A stretch of 64,000 nucleotides of DNA, taken from IMG/VR virus record IMGVR_UViG_3300021335_000003, one strand, 5' to 3'. Source of the stretch: a virus. Of the stretch, positions 1 through 9,358 are shown one piece after another. The notes below the pieces were generated by a model. It was given only the letters and a program-made list of their open reading frames with translations. It made no database searches and was not told the origin of the DNA. The first letter of the stretch is position 1. Each line of letters begins with the position of its first letter. The position numbers were made by a program, and so were the translations under genes.

Positions 1-1317
1 TGTAACAAAACTTCTGTCAAACGCAAATGCTTTTGGAGAGAAACCTGAACTTCGCAGAGCATACAAACCAAAGTTTGTAGCAGAGTTGGTAATTGAACAA
101 TATCCGCCTGACTGACAATAAACACCGTTGAGCAGGAAGATTTCAAAACAAGACACGATCTGTGCATAAGCATCGTTGGTTAGTCGCCACGCTGTACCAC
201 CAAATGATAGAATAGTAAAGGCGTTAGCAACCATTGATTTACCTTGTTCAGGTATCGCACCAACAACTGGATTCTCAGCCTCAATACCGTATGTCGGAAC
301 GTTGGGAGATTCAACTTTACTACCATCAATCTTAGCACCGTTCATACCTAAGAACGAAATGATCGAAGCGTTCTGAATATATGGTGAAGTAACAATAGTT
401 GGTCTTGTGTTAGGTAAGTTTGTGTAATCAGCTCTGTCTGTAATAATTGGATCGAACGGATCATCAAATGCCACTGCGTAGTCAGCTGTAATAGTTGGAA
501 TAAAGTTGTCATCAACGCCGTCACGGAAAGTAAATTCACCAAAGTAACATGCGTTACGAACACGTAGAATATCCAAGTTAGCGTTTGCAGGACGAATAAT
601 ACAACCACGCAAACCGTCGCCTTTGATAACTGTGTTATCTGGAACAATAACTGGGTTGTCTTCTGTATAGTCACCAACCGCAACTTTGATGTTTACACGT
701 TTAAAGTTAATTGTGCCATCACTGTTGTAAACTAGTCCAGAAGCAATTTGACAGGCTCTTTTAACAGTTTTAACCGGAGCACTCTGTCCATCGTTATCAT
801 CATCACCTTGTTCTTGTGAAACATAAACCACGTTACCACCAAAGATATCCGAGTCTTGGAAGAATAATTGACCATTGCCATCTGTCGCTAAGATTTGACC
901 TACGGTACCTTGTGACGGAGGCAATGTCAAGTTGTACCCTGCATCTAGTGTGTCTGGTGCTTTAATTGCCACACCGTCATCACCTGATGCTGTAAGTTCT
1001 TTAAACGTTAGTGTTTTTGCATCTTCAATATCTAAGTCATTAAACAAGTTCATACCTGCTGCTGTAAATTGAGCAGTGTCTTGTTCATTTACTCTAATAT
1101 TAATTTCTGCTGCGGCACTATCACCTTTATCAGTAATAGCAATCTCGGTATCGTTATCAAAAATTCTTCTTGTAACATCTTGTACAGTGTTATCATCACG
1201 CAGTAGGAAGATTTTACCATCTGCTGTGTTGATTGCTAATTCGCCTGATTCTAGTTGAGATACTATCGGTTGCTTACCCGCGACCGCACTACGTTTATGT
1301 TTAATTCTTGTTGCCAT
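1..1317 (-). CDS. Large virion structural/fibre protein, N-terminal 439 codons (runs off the window); paralog of the 1424..9016 protein
   Basis: Absent from the ORF track because no stop lies in the window. ATG at 1317 with AGGAGG upstream; translates MATRIKHKRSAVAGKQPIVSQLESGELAINTADGKIF... then VYVSQEQGDDDNDG..VKTVKRA..GDYTEDNP..TSPYIQN..AFT..YAQIVSCF, matching the beta-helix-like N-terminus of the 2530-aa protein. Confidence 0.85.
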   Translation of the reverse strand, partial: MATRIKHKRSAVAGKQPIVSQLESGELAINTADGKIFLLRDDNTVQDVTRRIFDNDTEIAITDKGDSAAAEINIRVNEQDTAQFTAAGMNLFNDLDIEDAKTLTFKELTASGDDGVAIKAPDTLDAGYNLTLPPSQGTVGQILATDGNGQLFFQDSDIFGGNVVYVSQEQGDDDNDGQSAPVKTVKRACQIASGLVYNSDGTINFKRVNIKVAVGDYTEDNPVIVPDNTVIKGDGLRGCIIRPANANLDILRVRNACYFGEFTFRDGVDDNFIPTITADYAVAFDDPFDPIITDRADYTNLPNTRPTIVTSPYIQNASIISFLGMNGAKIDGSKVESPNVPTYGIEAENPVVGAIPEQGKSMVANAFTILSFGGTAWRLTNDAYAQIVSCFEIFLLNGVYCQSGGYCSITNSATNFGLYALRSSGFSPKAFAFDRSFVT

Positions 1318-1391
1318 TAAGGCTGCCTCCTATTTAGGTACGGGTCAAGTCTATATAGACGCCCAATTAAAGCAATAGAAATTGCTTAAAG

Positions 1392-1397
1392 TATTTA
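1392..1397 (-). promoter_or_regulatory. T4-type late promoter box (gaTAAATAc)
   Basis: TAAATA core about 75 nt upstream of the ATG at 1317; the same box recurs before many structural genes and gp55 is encoded in the window. Confidence 0.6.
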
Positions 1398-1423
1398 TCA
1401 TAGGAGAAAAAGTAGTAGCTTAA

Positions 1424-4400
1424 TTAAAAGCTACCACCGTCTAGTGTATCAGTCCAAACTGGAGTTGCGTCACTGTCACTTGTTACTGTTAGTACTTGAT
1501 AACTGACGCTTGCATCGCTAGTTCCTGCTGCATCAGTGACTTGTACTGGACTGTCTGCATTACCATACAAAATACCATCTTCAGTAAATTCACTTACACC
1601 TGTACCACCATACTGTACTTCAAGATCGTTATTTGTTAGTATTAGTGTTCCATCAACTGTTACGTCAATGTCAAATGTTGTGTTACCATTTACAGTGCCG
1701 CCTGTAAGTTTGTTTAGGTATCTGTTTTCAACATAAGTTGCAACTGCTTTCTGTGTTGGAGCAGTATTGAAGTCTTGAGTACCAATACTTGATACCAAGT
1801 TTGCGTTGTCACTAACCTCTTTTAGTTCAACACCAACTGGTACGCCGTCTCTAATAAATGGACCAACACTGGTTAGACCTGACAAGTCAATTTCATTAGC
1901 ATTCAGTGTAATAGCACCTGTTAGAGCATTAACACCAAAGAAGTTACCAACTCTAAAGTTACCAATTTGGTCCACTGTACCACCAGCAAACACTCTACCT
2001 TGATTACGTTCGATAATCTCTTGTTCTGGTATTGCTGTACCGCCAAAGAACGGAAGTGCATTGTAATCAACACCTGCACCCACATATTCAAAGGCATGAC
2101 CTGATGTACTAATTGTACTCACATTGTACAGAGCTGCTTTCTTATCAGTTGTAACACTTGTTAGTCCTGGGAAGATAGTAATTTCCGCTGTACCACCAAA
2201 TTCTGCATTTAGATCATCAATTGCTGATGTAACAATCGCTTCTTGATTACCTAGTATAATGTTTCTTTCACTATGATAAACTGCGCTTCCTAATTCGTGA
2301 TTGTGAGGAACTTCATGCCAACCTGTTGTTGTGTTTTCTAATACGCTTAGTGCAATTCTATCAACTAGTAGTTTGATATTATCGCCAACTGTGCTAGAAG
2401 CATCATCATTTGTTAAGAATACTTGGTTTTCAAAGTTTGCATAACTCTTAGTTACAGGATCATTGGCTGCAATTTGTTTCATAATTGTGCCGAGATAATA
2501 ATAGCTATATGCAGTTAAGTCACTTTGATTTGGATAATTTGTACCACTTAGATTGTTTAAGATTGCTCCGCTGTAATATGCAAGTCCTGCTCTACGTGAT
2601 TGTTTGTTACCACCGTACATGATATCATAAATTACTGCATCAATAATATATCCTGTATCACGCTTACACTTGTCTATGTTGTATTCAAATCCTAAAATAC
2701 TTTCGTTGATGTAGTCAATTGTACCTTGTTGGATATTTGCTTTTTGTGATAGCAAACCTGCTGCTGCTGATTTAGTTGATGCTGGAAGCCAACTGTAATC
2801 TGCTTCAATTTCGCCTGGAGTACCAACTAGTGTTTGATTATCTACTGCATCTTTTACAATACCAATCAAATCAACTGCAATTGTACTTTCAACACTTGTA
2901 CCATAATCGCCGCTTAGTACTTGGCTTTCGGTGTTGCCTGGCTGCGGTGTTACAGCAATACCTTGAATACAATCTTCTACCACATCTTGTAAGTGTGTGT
3001 ATGCATCTACTGTGATATCTTTTTGTTCATTTGGCAGATAATTAGTAGTTCCTAAGAAGTATGCTCTTGTTGCAATCAATGTTGCAATATTACCTGTGTA
3101 AAGCAAATCATAAACTATAGCATCAATAATCTGTCCTGTGTCTTCTTTACACTTGTCTTGATCATATGAGAATGCATTGTAAGTTGTTTCTAAGAATGTT
3201 ATTGTGCCATCTACAATAGTTGATTTTTGAGCTTGTAAATTATCAATTGCTGCCTGTGCTCCTGCACTTGCCCAAGTTGTATCTGGATATGTAATACTGC
3301 TTGGCAACTGATCGCTACCATTTTCAATTACATCCTGTATAATTTGTAGTAATGTTTCTGCTCTAGTTACTTCAGTTGCACTTGCTGCACCTGCTGTTGT
3401 ATCTTGAGTTTCGACTGTTTGCTCAGGATCTGCTACAACAACGTCTAATAGCACATCTCCTAGTAATGTTTTAACCCATCCTAATGCTTGTGCTGTTTCT
3501 GTTTGTTGTCCGCTAACTTGACTTGCAGTGCCAACATAATAACTTTGTGCAGCTGAGTATGTTGCTGCATTACCACCATAAAGAATATCATAAGTTAATG
3601 CATCTACAATATATTTTGTGTCTCTATTACACTTAGTTGCGTTAAATTCAAATGTTCTTGTGAAGGTAAAGTTAATATAGTCAATTACTAGGTTTTGGAA
3701 GTAACCTGTGTTGTTTGTTAAACTTGTGAAGTCATTTTGTAAAGTTGAACTTGTCCAAGAAATATCTGTGTCAATATCTGCAGGTAGTCCATCTAAGTTG
3801 CCTGCATTAATAACATCTTCTACAATTTGTATTAAGTTGTCTGCAACACCTGCTTCAATAGCACCTGCACTTGGTCTAGTTGTATCTTGCACAACTGTAA
3901 CCTGTTCAAGTGTTGAGTGTGGAGTACCTTGGATAACGTCTGATAAAACATTTGCAAGTTCTTGATACGCTGCCACTGTTGCCGCTTGTTGTCCTGCACC
4001 TAATTGACTTGTTGTGCCTACAAAATAGCTTTCAGCAGCTTGTTTAGTTGCCAAGTTACCTGGATATAGCAAGTCGTATGCAATAGCATCAACAATATAC
4101 TTTACGTCTCTAGCACACTTGTCTTCATCAAATACCAGTGAAAGATAATTGTTTGTAACAAATGCTGTTGTTTCTGCTGCAATGAAGTCTCTGTTTGCTT
4201 GCAAATGTTCTACAGCAACAGGTTTGTTAGCATTTATACCACTATCTGGATAAACAATCGTATCTGCGGCTGTGTCTGTGCTGGTTTCACCGTTTTCAAT
4301 AATATCAATAATTTCGTTAAAGCCTGCTCTAACTCTATTAACAAATAAACTTGATAAACGGAACATTTGTTCAATAATTTGATCACGCAAGTATTTTATA

Positions 4401-7400
4401 GCAAGAACAGTTTGCAAGTTTTGATCACTTAAAACATAACCACTATTTGCTCTTTGGTATGCTAATCCTGCTGTAACACTATTATAGTTTGTACCAATAG
4501 CACCATCATACGCAACTGCCTCTATCATAATGCCAACATCTCTACGACACTTAGCTTCATCGTATTCAAACGATTGGAAATTGTTAGCAATAAAGATACT
4601 GATGTTGGTTTGTACTAGCTCTTTGTTGCCCTTAATTGTGTTGTAGCCTTGGATTTTTTCCTGTGATGCATAAGTGATATTAGGAAGTTGTGTTGCTGGT
4701 AAATTGTCTAAATTACCGTTTGCAATTACTTGTGTAATAATATCAACTAATCCTTCAGCATCGTCAGCTTCTGTTGAGCTTGCTGGAGTGCCGCTTGTAT
4801 CTTGGAATGCGCCATTGCCTGCAGATTTTACAACAGGCTGTTCGATTAGGATATCTCCTACGATATCTCTAAGTCTATCATATGCACCAGCTGTAGCTGC
4901 TTCTTCACTAGGCGAACCTAGTTGGCTAACACCATCTACAAAATAACTGTTGGCTACTGTAATTGTTGCACTGTTACCACCATACAAAATGTCATGGCAT
5001 AATGCATCAACGATATAACCAACATCACGCTCACATTTTGCACTATCATATGATAAACTTGGGAAGTTTACCGCAATCCAAGCAATCACTTCTGATATAA
5101 TAAAGTTTTTATTTGCAATCAATTGATTTTTAGCTTCTACAGCATTTGTTGTTGGTAGTACACCGGGTGTTGGAAATAACAATGGATCTGCTGCATCGTC
5201 TGTGCTTAGATTACCGTTTTCTAAGATATCAATAACTTCGTCAACCGAAGCATTAACAAGTGGTTCAACTACATCTGTTAGTCCTAAAAGCACAAGTTGC
5301 TTTTTAAGTTCTCTCAAAGACGCACTTGTCTGAATTAATTGATTATCTTGTAAATTAGCATTACTTGCTCTTTGATATGCTAAGCCTGCTGTTACACTGT
5401 TGTAATTTGTTCCTAAAGTAAGGTCAAGTGCAACTGCATCCATTATCAAACCAATATCACGCTCACACTTGTCTCTATTGTATGAGAAGTTTTGATAGTT
5501 GTTCTGTATAAACGATACTGCTTCTGCTGCTAAGAAATCTCTGTTGGCTTGCAATTGATCTTTTGCTGCAATAGTTGCTGCTGTTGCACCAGTTGGATTA
5601 GTAAATGTCAAAGGATCAGCTGCTGTATCCGTGCTAACCACACCATTATTTAAAATATCAATTACTTCATCAAAGTTTGCTTCAACTGCTGTCTGTGTTG
5701 CAGTATCTCCTACTGTTGCAATGCTTGCTTCGCCTTTTGCATAAGATAATGCTGCGGCAGTTTCTGCTAATTGATCTGCAATAACTTTTGCGCTATTTGC
5801 ACGTTGATACGCTAAACCGTTTGTAACTGCATTATAGTTGGTGCCGAGTAGTGCATCATAACCAGCACCGTCGATAATGATACCTGTGTCTCTTTCACAC
5901 TTGGCTTGGTCATATGTGAAGTTATTGTTGTTGATATATGCTACAACATCCTCTTGTAAGAACGCTCTGTTTGCAACAACTTGTGCATGAGCATTAATTA
6001 ATTCTGTGCTTGCAGGACCCGGTGTAGGATACAAATTACCTTCACTTGGTTGTTGATCAAATTCAATTATGTTAAAGATGTCTTCAAATAAGTTAGTAAC
6101 TTTTGTTTGGAATATTGCACTTCCATTTGATGCTGCTACTGCAAGATCGCCAGCGTGTCTCAATGCAATGATAGTTGCTGGTCTTTGCTCTGTATTTAGG
6201 TAAGCAACGTTTGCTCTGCTATAACTTAATGCCGCTGTAATACTGTGATGGTTTGTATCAACTAGTGCATCTCGATAAACGGCATCAACTATATAACCTA
6301 CATCACGCTTACATTTTTCAACATCATAGGTTAAGGTAGGATTATTTGCTTTGTTGTAGTCAATAGCATCTTGTATGTAGTTTGGTACTTGTGAAAGCAC
6401 TTGATTGGCTGCATCAACTTGTGGAATTGGTTCATCGCTAATGTCTGGATATCTTTTGGTTGCTAGATTTGTTAATGTTTGTTCATTAATAATTAACTCT
6501 AAGTTTTGAATCAATGCATCTAATTCACTAGCTTCAACTTGTGTGGCTGTACCACTTGAAAAATCTTGTGATTCCACATTTCCTGTGGTTGCTGTAACAG
6601 TAAATCCTCTAACAATACGTTGTACAATAAATCTTACTCTTGCAAATGCATCTTCAATAATTGCAATTTGTGCAGTTGTAAAGCCACTCCATGTTACCGC
6701 ATTGAATATATATTTTGTTTCTTGTACTGTAGCAGTGTTGCCGCCATAAAGTATATCATATGATAGCGCATCAACTAGATTACTAACATAATCTTCCCAT
6801 TCAGCTTGATCATATTCTATTGTGCCACCGTTTAAATCAACGTATGCAACCCAGTCTGCAATTATAAAATCTTTGTTTGCTTGCAATTGATTTTTTGCAT
6901 CAACACCGTTTTGAGTAAATCCGCTATGTGTAGGATATAGACTAACAATACCTGTACTATCGCCGTCATCAACAACGTTTTTTAATGTGTTTATTGTTTC
7001 ATCAACTGCCGCTTGAGCAGGACCGTTTGCTGCAACAAAACTTAGATTTTTAAATTGTGTTCTAAGATATTCAAAACTAGATAACAACATGTCTCTAAAG
7101 CGAGGTCTGTATCTAAATTCTTGTGCTTGACGTACAACGTTGTGTGTTCCTCCGTGCGCAATATAGTATGACATTTCTGTTAATAATTGTGTCAAATCTT
7201 CTGTATATTGTGCTTGATTGTAACTTAATTCTGTAAATTGATCATTGATGTATGCACTTAACTCTTCGATAATAAAATCTCTATTGGCTAAAATATTGTC
7301 TTTTGCTTCGATTACTTCGCCGTCAATTGTGGTTAAATCGTTAAGTGTAGCAGCGTAGTCACTACCTAAATATTCTGTAGCACTACTGTCGCCTGCGTTT

Positions 7401-9016
7401 AATGTATCAACAATAACTGCAAATCTTTGATCAATTTCTTCTTTGAGAGCAAGATTTGTAGTTAATGCTTTCATTTCGTCTCGTGTTGCTTCAATACCGT
7501 AAATAGTAGGAGCCAACTGATCTAAAATAACTTTTCTACTTGTGCTACGCAAATAGCTTGTTGCTGCGGCTGTACTTTGATAATATGTGCCAAACACAAT
7601 ATCACTAGTTACAGCATCAATAATTCTGCGCACGTCTCTTTTACAGGTTTCAACATTATATGTAAAAGGATTTTCTGTAATTTCGTTAGCAGTGATGTAA
7701 TAATATGTTTCGTCGCCTTCAAATTTGATAATACTACCAGTTTGCGGTTTGTCTCTCAAACTTGCAAGTTCAATACTGCTATTAGTTGATAGATTAACAT
7801 CAGCAGTAGCATCAACACTTGCACCGCCGCCAGTGAATCTAACCTGTGGAATTTCGGTATATCCACTACCTTGATTGTCAATAGTGACAGCACTAACTGT
7901 TCCTGTTGTGATGTCAATTTGTGCAGTACCTTGTGCAGTTACACCGCCTGCACCAAGTGGTGGATCAAATGTAACAGTTGGTGCGCTGGTATAACCAATA
8001 CCCGGAAAATCCATAGTAACACTTGCTACTTTTGAGAAATAATCTTGTGTTGGAACAGCTTCAGTGTATGCAATTGGATAGAAGCCATCTGCTACAACAC
8101 CTTCTGTACCAAAGTCACTAACTGAGTTTGAAATACTTAGGTAACCACCTTTGGTAGTTAGGAAACCTACGCTACAGAAAACTGAGAAGCAACTAACAAT
8201 CTGTGTATAACCAAAGTTTGTAATGTGGAAGCCAATACCACCTTGTGAAATCTGTGTAAATGCGTCTGCAACAAATGAGAATACAAGTGATGCAGGATCA
8301 TACTCGTCGCCATCAACAAGTATGCCGCCGCCTCCGCCTGTTAGATTAACTTGTTTTTCAACAGGAAGATCTGGATAGTCTGCAACTTGTAAAGGTCTTG
8401 CACCTGGTTCGATACCTTCAATTTGAACTGTTTCAAATGGTGTAAATTCAGTACCGTCATTCAACCAAGGACCGTTCATGTTAGTACAGTTTTGTACGTA
8501 CGGTGATGTTGTAACAAGTGCGCCTGGACGGATTCTTGCACACCAACCCGGATAACGTAGTCCTCTAAATGTCATTTGGAATAGATAACAACCGTTGCCC
8601 ATAAAGAACAAATCATCTGTATTGTTCTTAGGAAAAATTCTTGTGTTACGTAATTCGCCTTGTCCTGAAACAGTCACAAAGTCTCTAAGTGTAATAGGGT
8701 TATCTTCAACGTAATCACCAGGTGCAACAACAATTAAACTACCTTCAGGTGCTACTTCTGCTGCTTTTTTAATACTAGCAAACGCTCCGTTAGCATCTTG
8801 ACTTCGGCCGTCATTGTTATCACTGCCTTCTTCAGTAACATAATAAATGTTCTGTGTCTTTGGACCTGATGTACTACCATCAACAACAACGTCTGCGTCA
8901 ATTCTAAATTGTTTGCCTTCGTCGAGATTCATTTCTATATTGCCATCTGCGGTCAATATAAAAGTATTGTCTCCTACTTTCCTTTGATGTAATGACTGTC
9001 TCTTTATAAAACTCAT
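1424..9016 (-). CDS. Giant (2530 aa) virion structural/fibre protein: pectin-lyase-like beta-helix region interrupted by 12 helical repeats of about 140-160 aa
   Basis: N-terminal YYVTEEGSDNNDG..AFASIKKA..VAPGDY motif; repeats Y/F-x3-KCxRD-x-GY-IVDA-x2-D-x3-G-[GT]-N; C-terminal SGHAFEYVGAG..DQIGNFRVG and fibre-like end TLDGGSF. Confidence 0.75.
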   Translation of the reverse strand: MSFIKRQSLHQRKVGDNTFILTADGNIEMNLDEGKQFRIDADVVVDGSTSGPKTQNIYYVTEEGSDNNDGRSQDANGAFASIKKAAEVAPEGSLIVVAPGDYVEDNPITLRDFVTVSGQGELRNTRIFPKNNTDDLFFMGNGCYLFQMTFRGLRYPGWCARIRPGALVTTSPYVQNCTNMNGPWLNDGTEFTPFETVQIEGIEPGARPLQVADYPDLPVEKQVNLTGGGGGILVDGDEYDPASLVFSFVADAFTQISQGGIGFHITNFGYTQIVSCFSVFCSVGFLTTKGGYLSISNSVSDFGTEGVVADGFYPIAYTEAVPTQDYFSKVASVTMDFPGIGYTSAPTVTFDPPLGAGGVTAQGTAQIDITTGTVSAVTIDNQGSGYTEIPQVRFTGGGASVDATADVNLSTNSSIELASLRDKPQTGSIIKFEGDETYYYITANEITENPFTYNVETCKRDVRRIIDAVTSDIVFGTYYQSTAAATSYLRSTSRKVILDQLAPTIYGIEATRDEMKALTTNLALKEEIDQRFAVIVDTLNAGDSSATEYLGSDYAATLNDLTTIDGEVIEAKDNILANRDFIIEELSAYINDQFTELSYNQAQYTEDLTQLLTEMSYYIAHGGTHNVVRQAQEFRYRPRFRDMLLSSFEYLRTQFKNLSFVAANGPAQAAVDETINTLKNVVDDGDSTGIVSLYPTHSGFTQNGVDAKNQLQANKDFIIADWVAYVDLNGGTIEYDQAEWEDYVSNLVDALSYDILYGGNTATVQETKYIFNAVTWSGFTTAQIAIIEDAFARVRFIVQRIVRGFTVTATTGNVESQDFSSGTATQVEASELDALIQNLELIINEQTLTNLATKRYPDISDEPIPQVDAANQVLSQVPNYIQDAIDYNKANNPTLTYDVEKCKRDVGYIVDAVYRDALVDTNHHSITAALSYSRANVAYLNTEQRPATIIALRHAGDLAVAASNGSAIFQTKVTNLFEDIFNIIEFDQQPSEGNLYPTPGPASTELINAHAQVVANRAFLQEDVVAYINNNNFTYDQAKCERDTGIIIDGAGYDALLGTNYNAVTNGLAYQRANSAKVIADQLAETAAALSYAKGEASIATVGDTATQTAVEANFDEVIDILNNGVVSTDTAADPLTFTNPTGATAATIAAKDQLQANRDFLAAEAVSFIQNNYQNFSYNRDKCERDIGLIMDAVALDLTLGTNYNSVTAGLAYQRASNANLQDNQLIQTSASLRELKKQLVLLGLTDVVEPLVNASVDEVIDILENGNLSTDDAADPLLFPTPGVLPTTNAVEAKNQLIANKNFIISEVIAWIAVNFPSLSYDSAKCERDVGYIVDALCHDILYGGNSATITVANSYFVDGVSQLGSPSEEAATAGAYDRLRDIVGDILIEQPVVKSAGNGAFQDTSGTPASSTEADDAEGLVDIITQVIANGNLDNLPATQLPNITYASQEKIQGYNTIKGNKELVQTNISIFIANNFQSFEYDEAKCRRDVGIMIEAVAYDGAIGTNYNSVTAGLAYQRANSGYVLSDQNLQTVLAIKYLRDQIIEQMFRLSSLFVNRVRAGFNEIIDIIENGETSTDTAADTIVYPDSGINANKPVAVEHLQANRDFIAAETTAFVTNNYLSLVFDEDKCARDVKYIVDAIAYDLLYPGNLATKQAAESYFVGTTSQLGAGQQAATVAAYQELANVLSDVIQGTPHSTLEQVTVVQDTTRPSAGAIEAGVADNLIQIVEDVINAGNLDGLPADIDTDISWTSSTLQNDFTSLTNNTGYFQNLVIDYINFTFTRTFEFNATKCNRDTKYIVDALTYDILYGGNAATYSAAQSYYVGTASQVSGQQTETAQALGWVKTLLGDVLLDVVVADPEQTVETQDTTAGAASATEVTRAETLLQIIQDVIENGSDQLPSSITYPDTTWASAGAQAAIDNLQAQKSTIVDGTITFLETTYNAFSYDQDKCKEDTGQIIDAIVYDLLYTGNIATLIATRAYFLGTTNYLPNEQKDITVDAYTHLQDVVEDCIQGIAVTPQPGNTESQVLSGDYGTSVESTIAVDLIGIVKDAVDNQTLVGTPGEIEADYSWLPASTKSAAAGLLSQKANIQQGTIDYINESILGFEYNIDKCKRDTGYIIDAVIYDIMYGGNKQSRRAGLAYYSGAILNNLSGTNYPNQSDLTAYSYYYLGTIMKQIAANDPVTKSYANFENQVFLTNDDASSTVGDNIKLLVDRIALSVLENTTTGWHEVPHNHELGSAVYHSERNIILGNQEAIVTSAIDDLNAEFGGTAEITIFPGLTSVTTDKKAALYNVSTISTSGHAFEYVGAGVDYNALPFFGGTAIPEQEIIERNQGRVFAGGTVDQIGNFRVGNFFGVNALTGAITLNANEIDLSGLTSVGPFIRDGVPVGVELKEVSDNANLVSSIGTQDFNTAPTQKAVATYVENRYLNKLTGGTVNGNTTFDIDVTVDGTLILTNNDLEVQYGGTGVSEFTEDGILYGNADSPVQVTDAAGTSDASVSYQVLTVTSDSDATPVWTDTLDGGSF
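2400..7670 (-). repeat. Twelve protein-level tandem repeats (KCxRD family)
   Basis: Motif centres near 7644, 7206, 6798, 6312, 5898, 5466, 5034, 4548, 4115, 3628, 3148 and 2665; spacing about 136-162 codons. Confidence 0.9.
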
Positions 9017-9349
9017 TTAAACTTCCAAAAAACTCAATGTTGCTGATAAAACTGTAGGTGATCCACCTACACATACGACTGTGTCGCCTTCTTCTAAAAT
9101 CAATCTTTCAGTTGAAAACGTAAATGTATCTGCACTATCAATTGGTAAATCATTGATAATACGATTTGCATCTGATTTAGATTGACCATCGGGTATAACA
9201 TGCACATCTACTTGCGTATCATTTACTCCACTTCCATCATTTACACCATTGTTGCAAATTAGTAGTGTTGTTAGTGCATATTTTTTGCCAGCAGGAACAG
9301 TGAGTAACGTTGTGTCAGTTGTTGCTATTGTTGCATTTACTATTGCCAT
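9017..9349 (-). CDS. Small virion structural protein (beta-rich)
   Basis: 110 aa; TLLTVPAG..LLICN..L.LEEGD pattern common in myovirus structural clusters; abuts the next gene. Confidence 0.6.
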   Translation of the reverse strand: MAIVNATIATTDTTLLTVPAGKKYALTTLLICNNGVNDGSGVNDTQVDVHVIPDGQSKSDANRIINDLPIDSADTFTFSTERLILEEGDTVVCVGGSPTVLSATLSFLEV

Positions 9350-9358
9350 CTTTATTCC

